Of a stretch of 64,000 nucleotides of DNA, positions 36,724 to 47,617 are shown in pieces. Location of the stretch: NCBI GenBank assembly GCA_964391455.1, contig CAYMJQ010000003.1, positions 12,435-76,434 on the forward strand, given 5' to 3'. The notes under the pieces were generated by a model. That model was not told where the DNA came from. It worked only from the letters and a program-made list of their open reading frames with translations, and ran no database searches. Made by a program: the position numbers and the translations under genes. The first letter of the stretch is position 1; every line of letters begins with the position of its first letter. This DNA is from an uncultured Candidatus Saccharibacteria bacterium (GTDB lineage: Bacteria > Patescibacteriota > Minisyncoccia > Phycocordibacterales > DATDWN01).

Positions 36724-39627
36724 CTATTTAAAACTGCAGTACTGACAATCTTGGTCTCCACATTTTTTATTTAAAAATTCTCCAGACCAAACAGAGTTAA
36801 CTAAATTAACCACCTCTTTCTCTATATCTTTTAAATCAGAATCTTCTATTGGCAAAACTACTGTAGGACACTTACCACTACTGGTTGGTTTTACAAAAAT
36901 AAGAGCAGGGGTTATCTCCTTGTCTTTATAATTATGGTTATCTTTCAGCAAAAACTTATAGAACACTAACTGTCTAAAATAGTTTCCATCAGACCCTTCT
37001 GTTTCACCTTTTATATTGGCAATACTCTTTGAATCTGTAGTTTTATAATCAAAAATCCTAACTTCCTTTTCGTCGACCAATATAGCATCTAGCTGACCAT
37101 GTAAATTAAAAGCAATGTCTTTGTCTTTGTATTTGGTAACAAATTCTCTTTCTTCCCACTTCTCCACAAAAACCTGTCCAGCAAAAGCAAAATAATCTTC
37201 TAATTCTCTAGCTAAACTAACTGCGTATGATTTTATCTCTTCTCTTACCATTTCTTTTTCAAATTTAGGAAGAAGTGAAGTTTTGAAATAATCAGTTGCA
37301 ACAGAAATAATAGTCTTTTCAATATCTTTTGTTTTTCTTTTCTCTTCTCTCCAAATTAAAGAAAGAGCCTTGTGCATTGCAATACCTCTTTCAGAAGAAA
37401 CACTTGGAGCTTCTGGTATCTTCAAAATACTTTTATAAAAAAATCCTCTAGGGCATTTTATAAAATGATTTAAAGCTGTAACCGAAAGACCTTTTTCCAC
37501 CAAAACTCTTTTGGTGTATTCTACAGATTCTTTTAATCTTAATTCATCATAAAAATTAAGTGATAAATCCAAAGGTCTTTCCTCTACACGTGGAATAGAT
37601 TTTATCTCAACAAATTCTTTGTCCAATTCAGAAACAAAACGAAGCAATGTTAACCCCTTACCACCAAAATCTTCTTCTGGAGCTATAATTTCTATGTGTT
37701 TTTTGGCACGAGTCATCGCCACATAAAACAATCTTCTGGAATCTTTGATTTCATCTAAATTATCTTTTTGAAACGAAAAAACAAAAGAGCTACCACGATT
37801 ATGAGACATCCAGGACTCCTCTGTAACATTAGGCATCAAAACATAATCATACTCCAAACCCTTTGAAGAATGAGCTGTGATAATTTGCACCTTTGAATCA
37901 ATATTCCCACTGCCTATTTTTATAGACCTATTTTCTGCAGTCTTTCTATAATTCAATAATTCTGATATAAGCACATTTGGATTATCTATACCCTGTCTTT
38001 CCGATATATCTTTTGCAAGATCTATGATAGCCCGCCAAACTTCAGCTCCTGTTGGATTTTGCTTTACAAAATAAGAAAGCCCGGAAAGTTCTGAAACTGA
38101 TATAAGAAAGTTAATGACTCCAGACGAATTTGATTCAGTAAAAAGTTTTTTAATTTCAGGTATCTCTTTTTCAACCTCTATATCGCCACTTTTTAACTTA
38201 TTTATAATTTCTACTGATTTTTTAAAATCTAATCCCCACAAACCTCTGGCCACTGTATTAGCTAGGGCTTCTGTATTTGACCTATCATTTATATATTCCA
38301 AAATATCAAAATACAAAACTCCTAAACTGGATTTAAAAATGTTTACACCTCTTTCAGCTGAGGCCTCAACCCCACACCTCTCGCATAAAGACAAAAAGTG
38401 TTCAACTTCTCTATTTTTCCTAACTATTAAAGCAATAGTGGCGTCTTTATCTTCTTTTGTAATTTCTTTAATTCTTTTTATTAAATAATCATCTTGAGAA
38501 AAAACATCTGGAGCCATCAAAACATCAATAGGTCTTTCTTTATCTCTTCCGGTTAATTTAACTCTAAGATCTATATGTTCCCCTTCTTCATAATTATTCT
38601 CAATCATCTTAAAAGTAGCTGAAAGTATTGCCTGATGACTCCTGTAATTACTTTCAAGTTTTACAACTTTCATATCTTTCCATTTGGTTTGAAAAGTTAA
38701 AAAGTTTTTTACAGACGCTCCTTGAAATCTGTATATGGCCTGCTTTTCATCACCCACAATAAAAATATTTGGAGTATCAAAATAATCCACCAGTTTCATA
38801 ACAATAGTATTTTGAGACTCATTGGTATCCTGATGTTCGTCTATATGGACATATTGAAATTTCTCTTGAAGTTCTCGCAAAAGTTGTTCATTTGTATCCA
38901 AAGCATTTAAAAGTTTTATAAGCAGGTCATCAAAATCCAAAAGTCTTTCTTCTTTCTTTTTTTCTTCGTAAATCCTGTAAACTTCTGAAAATAAAATCGT
39001 CTTCTCACATTTTTCTATCTTGCCCAAAGCATCTGCTTTTAGTTTACCTTTGGTGTGACCTCTAGAAGATATACTTTGAGGATCATTTTTTATTCTTTCT
39101 ATTTCTGCTTTGGCAAAATCAGAAATATTCTCTGGAGTTTGATTTTCTTTTTTGGCATCACTTATAGCTTTTAATATTTTAACCAAATAATAATCAGGTT
39201 CTCCAAAAGGCCTAAGGTCTCCGAACTTTTCTGATTTTAAAATATCCCTGATTACATTTTCTGCTTCAATATCTGTTATTTGTTTTGTTCTGAAAAGTTC
39301 TGGGAAATGGTCTGGAAATTCAGAAAATACTGACCCGGCAAAAGAGTGAAAAGTGTGTATCCTAACCTCATCTGCCCGACTTCCAATAATTTCTCTTAAC
39401 TTTTTCTTCATCGATTTAACTCCCGCATCAGTAAATGTAAGGGCTAAAATGGAGCTAGGTGTGGCTTGTGTCTCAAGGAGTATATTTGCTATATGTAAAG
39501 TAAGAATAGTAGTTTTACCCGTTCCAGGGCCGGCTACTACCATAACTGGACTCTCAATAGCATCCACTGCCTCTTTTTGAGCTTTGTTTAGATTTTTATA
39601 TTTTTCTTTAAAAATCGCATCCGACAT
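36724..39627 (-). CDS. UvrD/PcrA-like superfamily-1 helicase fused to C-terminal PD-(D/E)xK (RecB/Cas4-like) nuclease with Cys cluster
   Basis: Carries GPGTGKT Walker A and helicase motifs, then a C-terminal DAILVDEKEVRIFDYKT nuclease motif and CGDQDCQYC. Confidence 0.8.
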   Translation of the reverse strand: MSDAIFKEKYKNLNKAQKEAVDAIESPVMVVAGPGTGKTTILTLHIANILLETQATPSSILALTFTDAGVKSMKKKLREIIGSRADEVRIHTFHSFAGSVFSEFPDHFPELFRTKQITDIEAENVIRDILKSEKFGDLRPFGEPDYYLVKILKAISDAKKENQTPENISDFAKAEIERIKNDPQSISSRGHTKGKLKADALGKIEKCEKTILFSEVYRIYEEKKKEERLLDFDDLLIKLLNALDTNEQLLRELQEKFQYVHIDEHQDTNESQNTIVMKLVDYFDTPNIFIVGDEKQAIYRFQGASVKNFLTFQTKWKDMKVVKLESNYRSHQAILSATFKMIENNYEEGEHIDLRVKLTGRDKERPIDVLMAPDVFSQDDYLIKRIKEITKEDKDATIALIVRKNREVEHFLSLCERCGVEASAERGVNIFKSSLGVLYFDILEYINDRSNTEALANTVARGLWGLDFKKSVEIINKLKSGDIEVEKEIPEIKKLFTESNSSGVINFLISVSELSGLSYFVKQNPTGAEVWRAIIDLAKDISERQGIDNPNVLISELLNYRKTAENRSIKIGSGNIDSKVQIITAHSSKGLEYDYVLMPNVTEESWMSHNRGSSFVFSFQKDNLDEIKDSRRLFYVAMTRAKKHIEIIAPEEDFGGKGLTLLRFVSELDKEFVEIKSIPRVEERPLDLSLNFYDELRLKESVEYTKRVLVEKGLSVTALNHFIKCPRGFFYKSILKIPEAPSVSSERGIAMHKALSLIWREEKRKTKDIEKTIISVATDYFKTSLLPKFEKEMVREEIKSYAVSLARELEDYFAFAGQVFVEKWEEREFVTKYKDKDIAFNLHGQLDAILVDEKEVRIFDYKTTDSKSIANIKGETEGSDGNYFRQLVFYKFLLKDNHNYKDKEITPALIFVKPTSSGKCPTVVLPIEDSDLKDIEKEVVNLVNSVWSGEFLNKKCGDQDCQYCSFK

Positions 39628-39645
39628 AAGATAAGGATAACATTT

Positions 39646-39690
39646 TTTGGATAATAAAAAATCCCGGTTCTCGACTGTTGCCGAAAACCG
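39646..39690 (-). terminator. terminator of GC-rich gene (tcccggtt / aaccggga + T-run)
   Basis: An 8-bp stem; the minus-strand read is followed by TTTTTTATTAT. Confidence 0.6.
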
Positions 39691-39726
39691 GGACCTGTGC
39701 TGGGAAGCAAATACAAGAAGATCAAA

Positions 39727-40383
39727 TCAGATCGCTGAGGCGAATTCCTCCGCAGCCGCTCTCACCTCGTCGGCGATCCGCGTATCTTTCTCAGCCTGTT
39801 CGCGACGCCTCTCTTCTGGCGTCTTTTCAACGAGAAGCTCGACTCTCGCCTTCTGCTTCTTGGAAGCCTTGCCGAGCCTGGCAAGCATGCGGGCATTGGC
39901 ATCCCGCGCCTCCTGAAGTCTGGGAGCTTCCTCGATAGAATCGAGAAGATCCCAGTAGAGACGGCTGAGTTCGTTGAGATCGAACTCGTCGAGCAGCCGA
40001 GTGCTCTCAACCGCCTCCTTGAAGAGATTGAATTTCTTCATGAGGCCGTCATAGATGTCCTGGTCCACGAGCTGGGCCACCATGCGGAGCTTGTTCGGGA
40101 AAAAGTTCTCCACCGAGCGAATGGCGTAGAACTTTTGACTGTTCCGGAGTGAACGAAGTGCCTTCACTGCGCCATTGAAGGCAAACAGGAAGGACATCAC
40201 CCCGAACGCCCGGACTGAATCGAGGTAAAGTATCTTGATCTCATCCTTTACCTTGAAATTCATGAATCGGGCTCGAGTCTTGCCACTGTCACCAGTGGCA
40301 ATCTTTACCTCTGCTAGGAAGGCACGGAAAACACCCTCCACCTCCTGCCGAGTCGGGATCTTCTTCACCTTCTTCTTGTCCAT
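39727..40383 (-). CDS. hypothetical 218-aa protein encoded by a strongly GC-rich gene with its own consensus promoter and terminator
   Basis: Starts MDKKKVKKIPTRQ... with GGGAGG 5 nt upstream. The C-terminal half is an E/R/A-rich coiled coil. Codon usage is unlike its neighbours. Confidence 0.55.
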   Translation of the reverse strand: MDKKKVKKIPTRQEVEGVFRAFLAEVKIATGDSGKTRARFMNFKVKDEIKILYLDSVRAFGVMSFLFAFNGAVKALRSLRNSQKFYAIRSVENFFPNKLRMVAQLVDQDIYDGLMKKFNLFKEAVESTRLLDEFDLNELSRLYWDLLDSIEEAPRLQEARDANARMLARLGKASKKQKARVELLVEKTPEERRREQAEKDTRIADEVRAAAEEFASAI

Positions 40384-40427
40384 TGTCGCCTCCCAGCAAT
40401 ACGCCACGAAATGTGACTAAATTGCTC

Positions 40428-40463
40428 TGTTTTGATACTAGCATATTTATCACTATTTGTCAA
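40428..40463 (-). promoter_or_regulatory. sigma70-consensus promoter TTGACA-17-TAGTAT for the GC-rich gene
   Basis: The minus-strand read is TTGACAaatagtgataaatatgcTAGTAT. The spacer 3' end plus the -10 (ATATGCTAGTAT) nearly matches the 54174 promoter (ATATGCTACTAT). Confidence 0.55.
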
Positions 40464-40547
40464 ATAATTTTTTACTTTTTATATAAAAACCCTTATTTTA
40501 AGCCAAAAAATACATGGTGTCGGAACCGATGCACTAGTTTAGTTAAA

Positions 40548-40590
40548 ATAAAAAAATCATACTTGATCTGGGAAGTATGATTTTTTATTT
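40548..40590. terminator. bidirectional terminator after rpoD (atcatactt / aagtatgat)
   Basis: A 9-bp stem flanked by A- and T-runs. Confidence 0.6.
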
Positions 40591-40721
40591 TAATTCCAAA
40601 CTTTCATAATTTGGTGAAATCCGACGTTGAGAGTTTTAAAATGTAAGGAGCCTTACCAGAAGTAAAGTGACAAGGATTTTGAAACTCGAGAACGAGGAGT
40701 TCGCCGAATTTGGAAGTTTAC

Positions 40722-42038
40722 TTAATAATAATTCCTTAATCTATTTATTTTGTCATGCTGTCGTATCTTCTCATGCGCTTTCGCTTCAATCTGTCTTATA
40801 CGCTCTCTTGTAACTCCAAATTCCTTCCCTACTTCTTCTAGTGTGTGAGTAACTCCATCAACGAGTCCATGACGAAGCTCTAGAATTTTTCTTTCCTTTT
40901 CAGGCAAATCATTTAATATTTCTCTGACCTGATCAGAAATAATTCTTCGTGATGCTTCTTGTTCTGGTGAAAGAATTTTATCATCAGCCAAAAAGTCTCC
41001 TAGTTTACTTTTACTGTCGTCATCTTCACCAATAGGTGCTTCAAGTGAAAGTGTAGACTGATCAATTTTTTCAATAGTGTACACTTTGTCCACTGACAAA
41101 TTCATCTCAACGGCAATTTCCTCTGGCAAAGGATCTCTTCCTAAATCTTGAGAAAGTCGTCTCACAACTTGTTTGTATTTTGCAATAGTTTCCACCATAT
41201 GAACTGGAACACGAATAGTTCTACTCTGGTCAGCAAGAGCACGAGTAATAGCTTGTCTAATCCACCACGTTGCGTATGTAGAAAACTTATAACCCTTTGT
41301 CCAATCAAATTTATCTACTGCTTTAAACAAACCTAAATTCCCCTCTTGAATAAGGTCCAGCAAAGTCAAATCAGCAGAACGAGTAGCATATTTTTTCGCA
41401 ATAGAAACAACAAGTCTTAAGTTTGCACGAGCAAGTAGTGTTTTTGCCTCTTCATCGCCTTGTTCAATTCTCTTTGCCAGTTCTTTCTCCATACCTCCGG
41501 AAATAAGTTGGTATTGACCTATTTCTTTAAGATACATTTGAATTGAATCGTAAGAAGAATCAACCGCTCTTCCATAAGTATATTTTTTAGCAAGCAAATC
41601 ATCATCCGCACCAGCATCCAAAAGTCCTCCACCTTCTAATACATCTACCCCACTAACAGAAAATTTATCATAAAGTTCCTCAAGAAAGAGAATGTCTTCT
41701 TCTATCGTTGGAAATTCTTTTAATATTTCATCATAAGTTACATATCCTCTTTCTTTGCCTTTGTTTAGAAGCCTCATCATTCCATCATTTTGCCTATCTG
41801 CTTTTTTAACAGACTTGGTTGATTTAGGTAAATTTTTAGAAGCCCTGATAGCCAGAGAAGTTTTATTTTTCTTTTTAGCTCTTATGTTTGGAACTGATAT
41901 CTTTTTTGTTTTGTTTTTTTGTTTTTTGTTAGAAGATTTTACTTTTTTACTAATATTTTTAGCCACTTTTTTAGTCTTTACGACTTTATGTGGTTTAGTA
42001 TTCTTTTTTGATTTTGCTTTATTTTTTCTCATAAGCAT
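40722..42038 (-). CDS. rpoD: RNA polymerase sigma-70 factor RpoD with lysine-rich N-terminal extension
   Basis: Regions 1.2 to 4 are recognisable. Confidence 0.9.
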   Translation of the reverse strand: MLMRKNKAKSKKNTKPHKVVKTKKVAKNISKKVKSSNKKQKNKTKKISVPNIRAKKKNKTSLAIRASKNLPKSTKSVKKADRQNDGMMRLLNKGKERGYVTYDEILKEFPTIEEDILFLEELYDKFSVSGVDVLEGGGLLDAGADDDLLAKKYTYGRAVDSSYDSIQMYLKEIGQYQLISGGMEKELAKRIEQGDEEAKTLLARANLRLVVSIAKKYATRSADLTLLDLIQEGNLGLFKAVDKFDWTKGYKFSTYATWWIRQAITRALADQSRTIRVPVHMVETIAKYKQVVRRLSQDLGRDPLPEEIAVEMNLSVDKVYTIEKIDQSTLSLEAPIGEDDDSKSKLGDFLADDKILSPEQEASRRIISDQVREILNDLPEKERKILELRHGLVDGVTHTLEEVGKEFGVTRERIRQIEAKAHEKIRQHDKINRLRNYY

Positions 42039-43761
42039 TTTTAATAATCTTTATTGTGTTTATTCTTTGTGTTATCCTCTGAACTTCTTCTAAAAATTTT
42101 AATACGTCTCCACTTTCCCTCTTTTGCTCTGCTTTGGTCAAGTTGTTCATAGCAAGCTCTAATTCTTTTTTTAAATATTCTTCTTCTAAAGAAAGTAGTA
42201 ACTCTGAAACATCTTTTTCTAAATTTGTTTTACTATTATAATAACTTTCTGTCTCAAATAATAGTGTCTCCGTGTCCTTTTCAAAAATTTTCTCTAATTC
42301 TTTTAATCTGTCTTTGATTATTTCTTTAACTTTTTCTTCTATTGTTTTTAAATTATCTGGTATTTCGTTTTTATCTTTTTCTTTTTGTCTCTTCCATAAT
42401 ACAAGCCCCCAAATTCTTCTTTCTATTATATCCACCCTATTAGTTGGAGGAGAAGAATTGAGTGGAGATGTGTTATTTACAAAACTAGCAACATTTATTT
42501 TCTTCAAATCTTCCCATAAAGCTTCTTCATTTAAAAATGTTTTTCTTTTTATTACACTTACCCAATGTGATTGATCTGTCTTATCTTTCATGGAAGCTAT
42601 ATAAGGAAGGATTTTTTTTCTTATTTCTATAGTTAAATCTTTTGGATCTAGATTTTTCGACAAAAGTGTGTCTACATAGAAATCAACAATTGATTTAGAA
42701 TTTCTGAAGCATTCTTTTAAAGTTTCTGGGTTTTCTTTTGCTAAATCTGCGGGATCAAAACCTTCTGGCATGGAAACTAATTTCAAATCCATACCTAAAG
42801 CAAGAGCTATTTTTGCAGCCCTATCTGAAGCGCTGAAGCCTGCAGAATCTGAATCAAAAGACATTATTATTCTATCTGAAAATCTTTTCAATTTAATTAA
42901 GTGATTTTCTGTTATAGCTGTACCAGAAGAAGCCACTGAATTGTTTAGCCCAACTTGATGCATCATTACAAGATCCATTTGTCCTTCCACAAGAATAGAG
43001 TAATCTTTCGTCTTAATATTTCTTTTTGCTTTATCTAGGCCAAAAAGAATTTCACTTTTATTGAATAGTTCTGTCTCTGGAGTATTTAGATATTTAGGAG
43101 ACTTTTCATCTGGTATAAGTATTCTCCCTGAAAAACCCACAACTCTTCCGGAAGAATCACTTATAGGAAACATTATCCTACCTCTAAAAACATCGTAATA
43201 AGATGAGCCTAGAGAAATAGAAGAATCTTTTTGTTTTATAAGGCCAGCAGACAACATCTGTTTTTCTGTAACTCCCTTGTCTTTTAGGTAATCATAAAGC
43301 TGTCTCCATTCTAAAGAAGAATAGCCGATTCTAAAATTTTTTATAGATTCATCATTTATTCCCCTACTATATACATAGTTCAATGCCTCTTTATTTCCGG
43401 AAAGATTTCTTTCGTAAAAAAGCACTGCCATCTCTAAAACAGAAAGTAGTTTTTCTTTTTCTGATTTCTCTCCTGATACATAGTTTTGAAGTTCTACTCC
43501 AGCTTTTTCAGCCAACACTTTTAATGACCCCATAAAATCTAAACCTTCGAACTCTTGGACAAAAGTAAAAATATCTCCTTTCGCGTGACACCCAAAACAA
43601 TAATAGGTTCCTCTATCCGGAGACACAAAAAAGGATGGCGTTTTTTCGTTGTGAAAAGGACACCTGCCCTTAAAGTTCCCTCCTGCTTTTTCTAATTTCA
43701 CATAATTAGAAACTAGAGAAACTATGTCTATCTTTGATTTTATTTGATCTACTGATGACAT
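42019..43761 (-). CDS. dnaG: DNA primase
   Basis: Carries the zinc ribbon [11 protein letters not shown], a TOPRIM domain and a C-terminal helical domain. Confidence 0.85.
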   Translation of the reverse strand: MSSVDQIKSKIDIVSLVSNYVKLEKAGGNFKGRCPFHNEKTPSFFVSPDRGTYYCFGCHAKGDIFTFVQEFEGLDFMGSLKVLAEKAGVELQNYVSGEKSEKEKLLSVLEMAVLFYERNLSGNKEALNYVYSRGINDESIKNFRIGYSSLEWRQLYDYLKDKGVTEKQMLSAGLIKQKDSSISLGSSYYDVFRGRIMFPISDSSGRVVGFSGRILIPDEKSPKYLNTPETELFNKSEILFGLDKAKRNIKTKDYSILVEGQMDLVMMHQVGLNNSVASSGTAITENHLIKLKRFSDRIIMSFDSDSAGFSASDRAAKIALALGMDLKLVSMPEGFDPADLAKENPETLKECFRNSKSIVDFYVDTLLSKNLDPKDLTIEIRKKILPYIASMKDKTDQSHWVSVIKRKTFLNEEALWEDLKKINVASFVNNTSPLNSSPPTNRVDIIERRIWGLVLWKRQKEKDKNEIPDNLKTIEEKVKEIIKDRLKELEKIFEKDTETLLFETESYYNSKTNLEKDVSELLLSLEEEYLKKELELAMNNLTKAEQKRESGDVLKFLEEVQRITQRINTIKIIKNAYEKK

Positions 43762-43888
43762 AAAATGAGTTTAAAAGTTCCAATCTAATAAGTTTTAAAA
43801 TTAAATTCAAAACTTGAACCAAATTTGACTTGAAATACTAAGAGTATTCACAAATTCGAAACAAGAAGTTCGTCAAATTTGTAGACTC

Positions 43889-46800
43889 TTACTGATAACG
43901 TGTTGACTCGTCAAACACAACCGGTCTATCCTCCCTCATCTTCTTTATCATTTCAGATTTAGAACTTCCCTTGAAACCTGTGCCGGCAGGAATAAGTTTT
44001 CCAAGAATAACGTTTTCCATAAGTCCAGCTAATCTATCCGCATTACCTCTTATAGCACTAGATATAAGTATTCTGGTTGTGTGTTGGAAAGAAGCAGCTG
44101 ATAAGAAACTGTGTCTAGATAGTGAGACATCTGTAATACCCATCACCACTGGTTCTGCTGTAGCAGGCTCTTTACCTTCTTCCTTAATTTTTGCATTTTC
44201 TTCGTCTAGCAAATTCGCTTCTACAATATCTCCAGGAACAAAGTATGTATCCCCAGGAGTCTTTATTCTTTTTCTTGAGAACATTTGTCTAACTATAGTT
44301 TCTATGTGTTTTCTAGAAACATTTTCTCCTTGAAGCTCATAAGGTTTATTTATTTCATGAATTATATAATCAATAGTTTTTTCTTTGCCTGCGTATTTGA
44401 ATAATTCATCTATATCTGCAGACCCGTCCGTTATAATATCGCCCTTTTTTACCTCATCTCCAACTTTAACCAATAAAGTTCTGTTGAGAGAAGTGGAATA
44501 ATCTATCCTGTCTTTTGATTTTTTTCTGTCTTCTAGATCTGGAGTTATAGTGATTATCTTTTCTTTATCAGTAACTTTTATTTCTGATATTGTTCCTGAC
44601 ACACTTGCAACTACAGCTGGATTTTTTGGTTTCCTCTTTTCAAATAATTCTTCTACTCTTGGCAAACCAGAAACAATATCTCCAGAAACTGAAGCAGTTC
44701 CTCCGGCATGGAAAGTTCTCATTGTTAATTGAGTTCCTGGTTCACCAATAGCTTGTCCTGCAACAGTCCCAACCGCTTCACCTAATTCAACTACTTTATT
44801 TTTACCTAGATCTGTTCCATAACACTTAACACAAATACCATTAGATGTTTTACATGATAAAGGAGACCTTACAGATACAGAAGTAACTCCTGCCCCTTCT
44901 ATTTTTTGAGCATCCGCTTTTGTTAAGAGATGATCTTTTTTAAACAAAACTGTTCCGTCTGCAAGCTTAACGTCAGAAGCTAAAAATCTTCCTTTTATGT
45001 GTTTTGCAATTGGAGTTTCAATCCCAGAAATTGCGTATTTATCAATCACTACCCCGTCTTTAGTAAGACAATCTTCTTCGGTGATTATAGTATCCTGTGC
45101 CACTACGAACATTTTTCTTGTTAGATATCCGGATTTAGCAGTATTTAGAGCGGTATCAGTAAGACCCTTTCTGGCACCGTGAGTAGTGATGAAATATTCA
45201 AGTGGAGTCAAACCTTCTTTTGAACAAGAAATAATCGGAAATTCAATAGTCTCTCCAGCAGTATTTGTAATAAGACCTTTCATACCAGCCATTTGAGTAA
45301 TATTACCCATTGTTCCTCTAGCTCCTGAAGAAACCATATCAATAACAGAACCGTTTTGAGGCAGTGTTTCAGGCATTAATTTTTCAACTTCAGCTTTAGC
45401 TCCGTGCCAAACTTCAATAGTTTGTCTTAATCTCTCTTCTTTTGATATAAGTCCAGCTTCAAAGTGGCCGACTATCGCTTCAGTTTTTTCTCTTGCTCTT
45501 TTAACAATATCTTCTTTACCTTTAGGAATAATAATGTCATCTAACCCCCAAGTAACCCCAGAGTGAGTAGCATATTTAAAACCGAAAGATTTAATCTTAT
45601 CTATTATAGATGGAATATTCTCTATTCCATATTTTTCAGTTAAATCATCAACCAAGTTTGTAGTTTTCTTTTTATTTATTTCACCATTTATAAAAGGATA
45701 ATCACTTGGTAGAACCGAATTAAATAAAAGTCTCCCAACAGTAGTTTCAAATATCTTGCCTTCAAATTGAGAATACTTTTCTGAATCACTTGGTAGAACT
45801 TTTATTTTTGCCCTAAAAGATACCTCTCCTAGGTCATAAGCCATAATTGCCGTATTAGGACTTTGAAAAACTTTTCCTTCTCCTTTTTCTCCAACGATTT
45901 CTTTTGTCATCCAATAACAACCCAAAATAATATCAAGCATTTTTGCAGACACTGTAGGATCTCCAGAACCTGGTTTCAGAATATTTTTATCTGATGCCAT
46001 TATTTCTTTAGCTTCTAATTGTGCTTCATCAGAAAGAGGTACATGCACTGCCATTTGATCTCCATCGAAGTCCGCATTAAAAGCAGAACACACTAGAGGG
46101 TGTAGTTGAATAGCATCTCCTTCTATCAAGATAGGTTTGAAAGCTTGAATACCTAGTCTGTGCAAAGTAGGTGCACGGTTAAGCAAAACATATCTATCTG
46201 AAATTACTTCTTCAAGTATTGCCCACACCTCTGGTATCCCATCTTCTATGAGTTTACTTGCGCCTTTTATGTTATAAGCAAATTCTCTTTTTAGTAGTTG
46301 TGATATTACAAAAGGTTTAAAAAGCTCTAACGCCATATGTTTTGGGAGACCACATTGGTTTAGATGTAAATCAGGACCCACCACAATAACGGAACGTCCA
46401 GAATAATCCACTCTTTTACCCAAAAGGTTTTGTCTAAAGATACCTCTTTTACCTTTCAAATTATCAGCAAGAGATTTTAATGCTCTTCTCTGTGATTGAT
46501 TTAGTGCAGACTGGCTTGAACCGTGTCTTATAGAATTATCTATAAGAGCATCTACAGCTTCTTGAAGGATTCTCTTTTCATTTCTTAAAATAACATCAGG
46601 TGCACTTATTTCTTTAAGTTTCTTTAAACGATTATTTCTATTTATAACTCTTCTGTACAAATCATTTACATCTGAAGTAGCATATCTACCCCCATCAAGT
46701 GGAACCATAGGACGAAGTGCTGGAGGAATAACAGGTATAGCTGTAAGAAACATCCATTCAGGACGAATTCCAGAATTAATCATTGAACTTATTACACTAA

Positions 46801-47617
46801 TTCTTTTATTTATTTTTGGAGCTTCCAAACCACTTGCCTTTGTAAGTTCTTCATTTAACTGAGTAAGTAATTTTTTAAGATCAATTTTCTTAAATATATT
46901 GTATATTGCCTCCGCACCAATGCTTGCTTCAAACATTGTTCCATACTTCATACCAAAATTGTAATACTCAACTTCATCCAAAACTCTACCTTCTTGTATA
47001 GAATCTATGTCTCTTTTTGCAGAAAGCAACATCTCTTTAAGTTTTTCCTTAGTCTTCTCATCTTGAAGAGTTTTAACTTTAGCTTTGTATTCTGAATCCA
47101 AATCTTTCAAATATCTAACTCTATCTTCCTCAGAAACCTTAGTAACAATATATCCAGCAAAATATATTACCTTTTCTAAATCTGTTACAGGTATACCTAA
47201 TACCAAAGAAATCCTACTAGGCATTGATTTTAAAAACCATATATGTGAGACAACAGTGGCTAATTCTATATGCCCCATTCTTTCTCTTCTCACAATTGAT
47301 CTTGTAATTTCAACTCCACATTTTTCACAGACAATACCTTTATATCTTATACCTCTGTACTTTCCACAGTAACATTCAAAATCTCTATCTGGACCGAATA
47401 TTTTTTCATCAAACAGACCATTTTTTTCTGACCTTTGTGTCCTGTAGTTAATGGTTTCTGGTTTTGTAACCTCACCAAAAGACCACTCTTTTATCCTTTC
47501 TGGAGAAGCCAGCTTAAGAGCTATTGTTTCAAAATCATTTGTATCCTGGTTTATTCTTGTTTTCATATTTTTTATTTTTAGAGAATTAATATTACTGTGT
47601 ATTTTGTTTACCTCCAT
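43889..47617 (-). CDS. rpoC: DNA-directed RNA polymerase beta' subunit
   Basis: 1242 aa with the NADFDGD motif. Confidence 0.95.
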   Translation of the reverse strand: MEVNKIHSNINSLKIKNMKTRINQDTNDFETIALKLASPERIKEWSFGEVTKPETINYRTQRSEKNGLFDEKIFGPDRDFECYCGKYRGIRYKGIVCEKCGVEITRSIVRRERMGHIELATVVSHIWFLKSMPSRISLVLGIPVTDLEKVIYFAGYIVTKVSEEDRVRYLKDLDSEYKAKVKTLQDEKTKEKLKEMLLSAKRDIDSIQEGRVLDEVEYYNFGMKYGTMFEASIGAEAIYNIFKKIDLKKLLTQLNEELTKASGLEAPKINKRISVISSMINSGIRPEWMFLTAIPVIPPALRPMVPLDGGRYATSDVNDLYRRVINRNNRLKKLKEISAPDVILRNEKRILQEAVDALIDNSIRHGSSQSALNQSQRRALKSLADNLKGKRGIFRQNLLGKRVDYSGRSVIVVGPDLHLNQCGLPKHMALELFKPFVISQLLKREFAYNIKGASKLIEDGIPEVWAILEEVISDRYVLLNRAPTLHRLGIQAFKPILIEGDAIQLHPLVCSAFNADFDGDQMAVHVPLSDEAQLEAKEIMASDKNILKPGSGDPTVSAKMLDIILGCYWMTKEIVGEKGEGKVFQSPNTAIMAYDLGEVSFRAKIKVLPSDSEKYSQFEGKIFETTVGRLLFNSVLPSDYPFINGEINKKKTTNLVDDLTEKYGIENIPSIIDKIKSFGFKYATHSGVTWGLDDIIIPKGKEDIVKRAREKTEAIVGHFEAGLISKEERLRQTIEVWHGAKAEVEKLMPETLPQNGSVIDMVSSGARGTMGNITQMAGMKGLITNTAGETIEFPIISCSKEGLTPLEYFITTHGARKGLTDTALNTAKSGYLTRKMFVVAQDTIITEEDCLTKDGVVIDKYAISGIETPIAKHIKGRFLASDVKLADGTVLFKKDHLLTKADAQKIEGAGVTSVSVRSPLSCKTSNGICVKCYGTDLGKNKVVELGEAVGTVAGQAIGEPGTQLTMRTFHAGGTASVSGDIVSGLPRVEELFEKRKPKNPAVVASVSGTISEIKVTDKEKIITITPDLEDRKKSKDRIDYSTSLNRTLLVKVGDEVKKGDIITDGSADIDELFKYAGKEKTIDYIIHEINKPYELQGENVSRKHIETIVRQMFSRKRIKTPGDTYFVPGDIVEANLLDEENAKIKEEGKEPATAEPVVMGITDVSLSRHSFLSAASFQHTTRILISSAIRGNADRLAGLMENVILGKLIPAGTGFKGSSKSEMIKKMREDRPVVFDESTRYQ

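Noticed and set aside
39647-40010. Three overlapping track ORFs (39647-39916 +, 39678-39938 +, 39762-40010 -) inside the GC-rich gene
   Set aside because: They are alternative-frame or antisense open frames generated by high GC content. Only the 39727-40383 frame has an SD, a promoter and a terminator.
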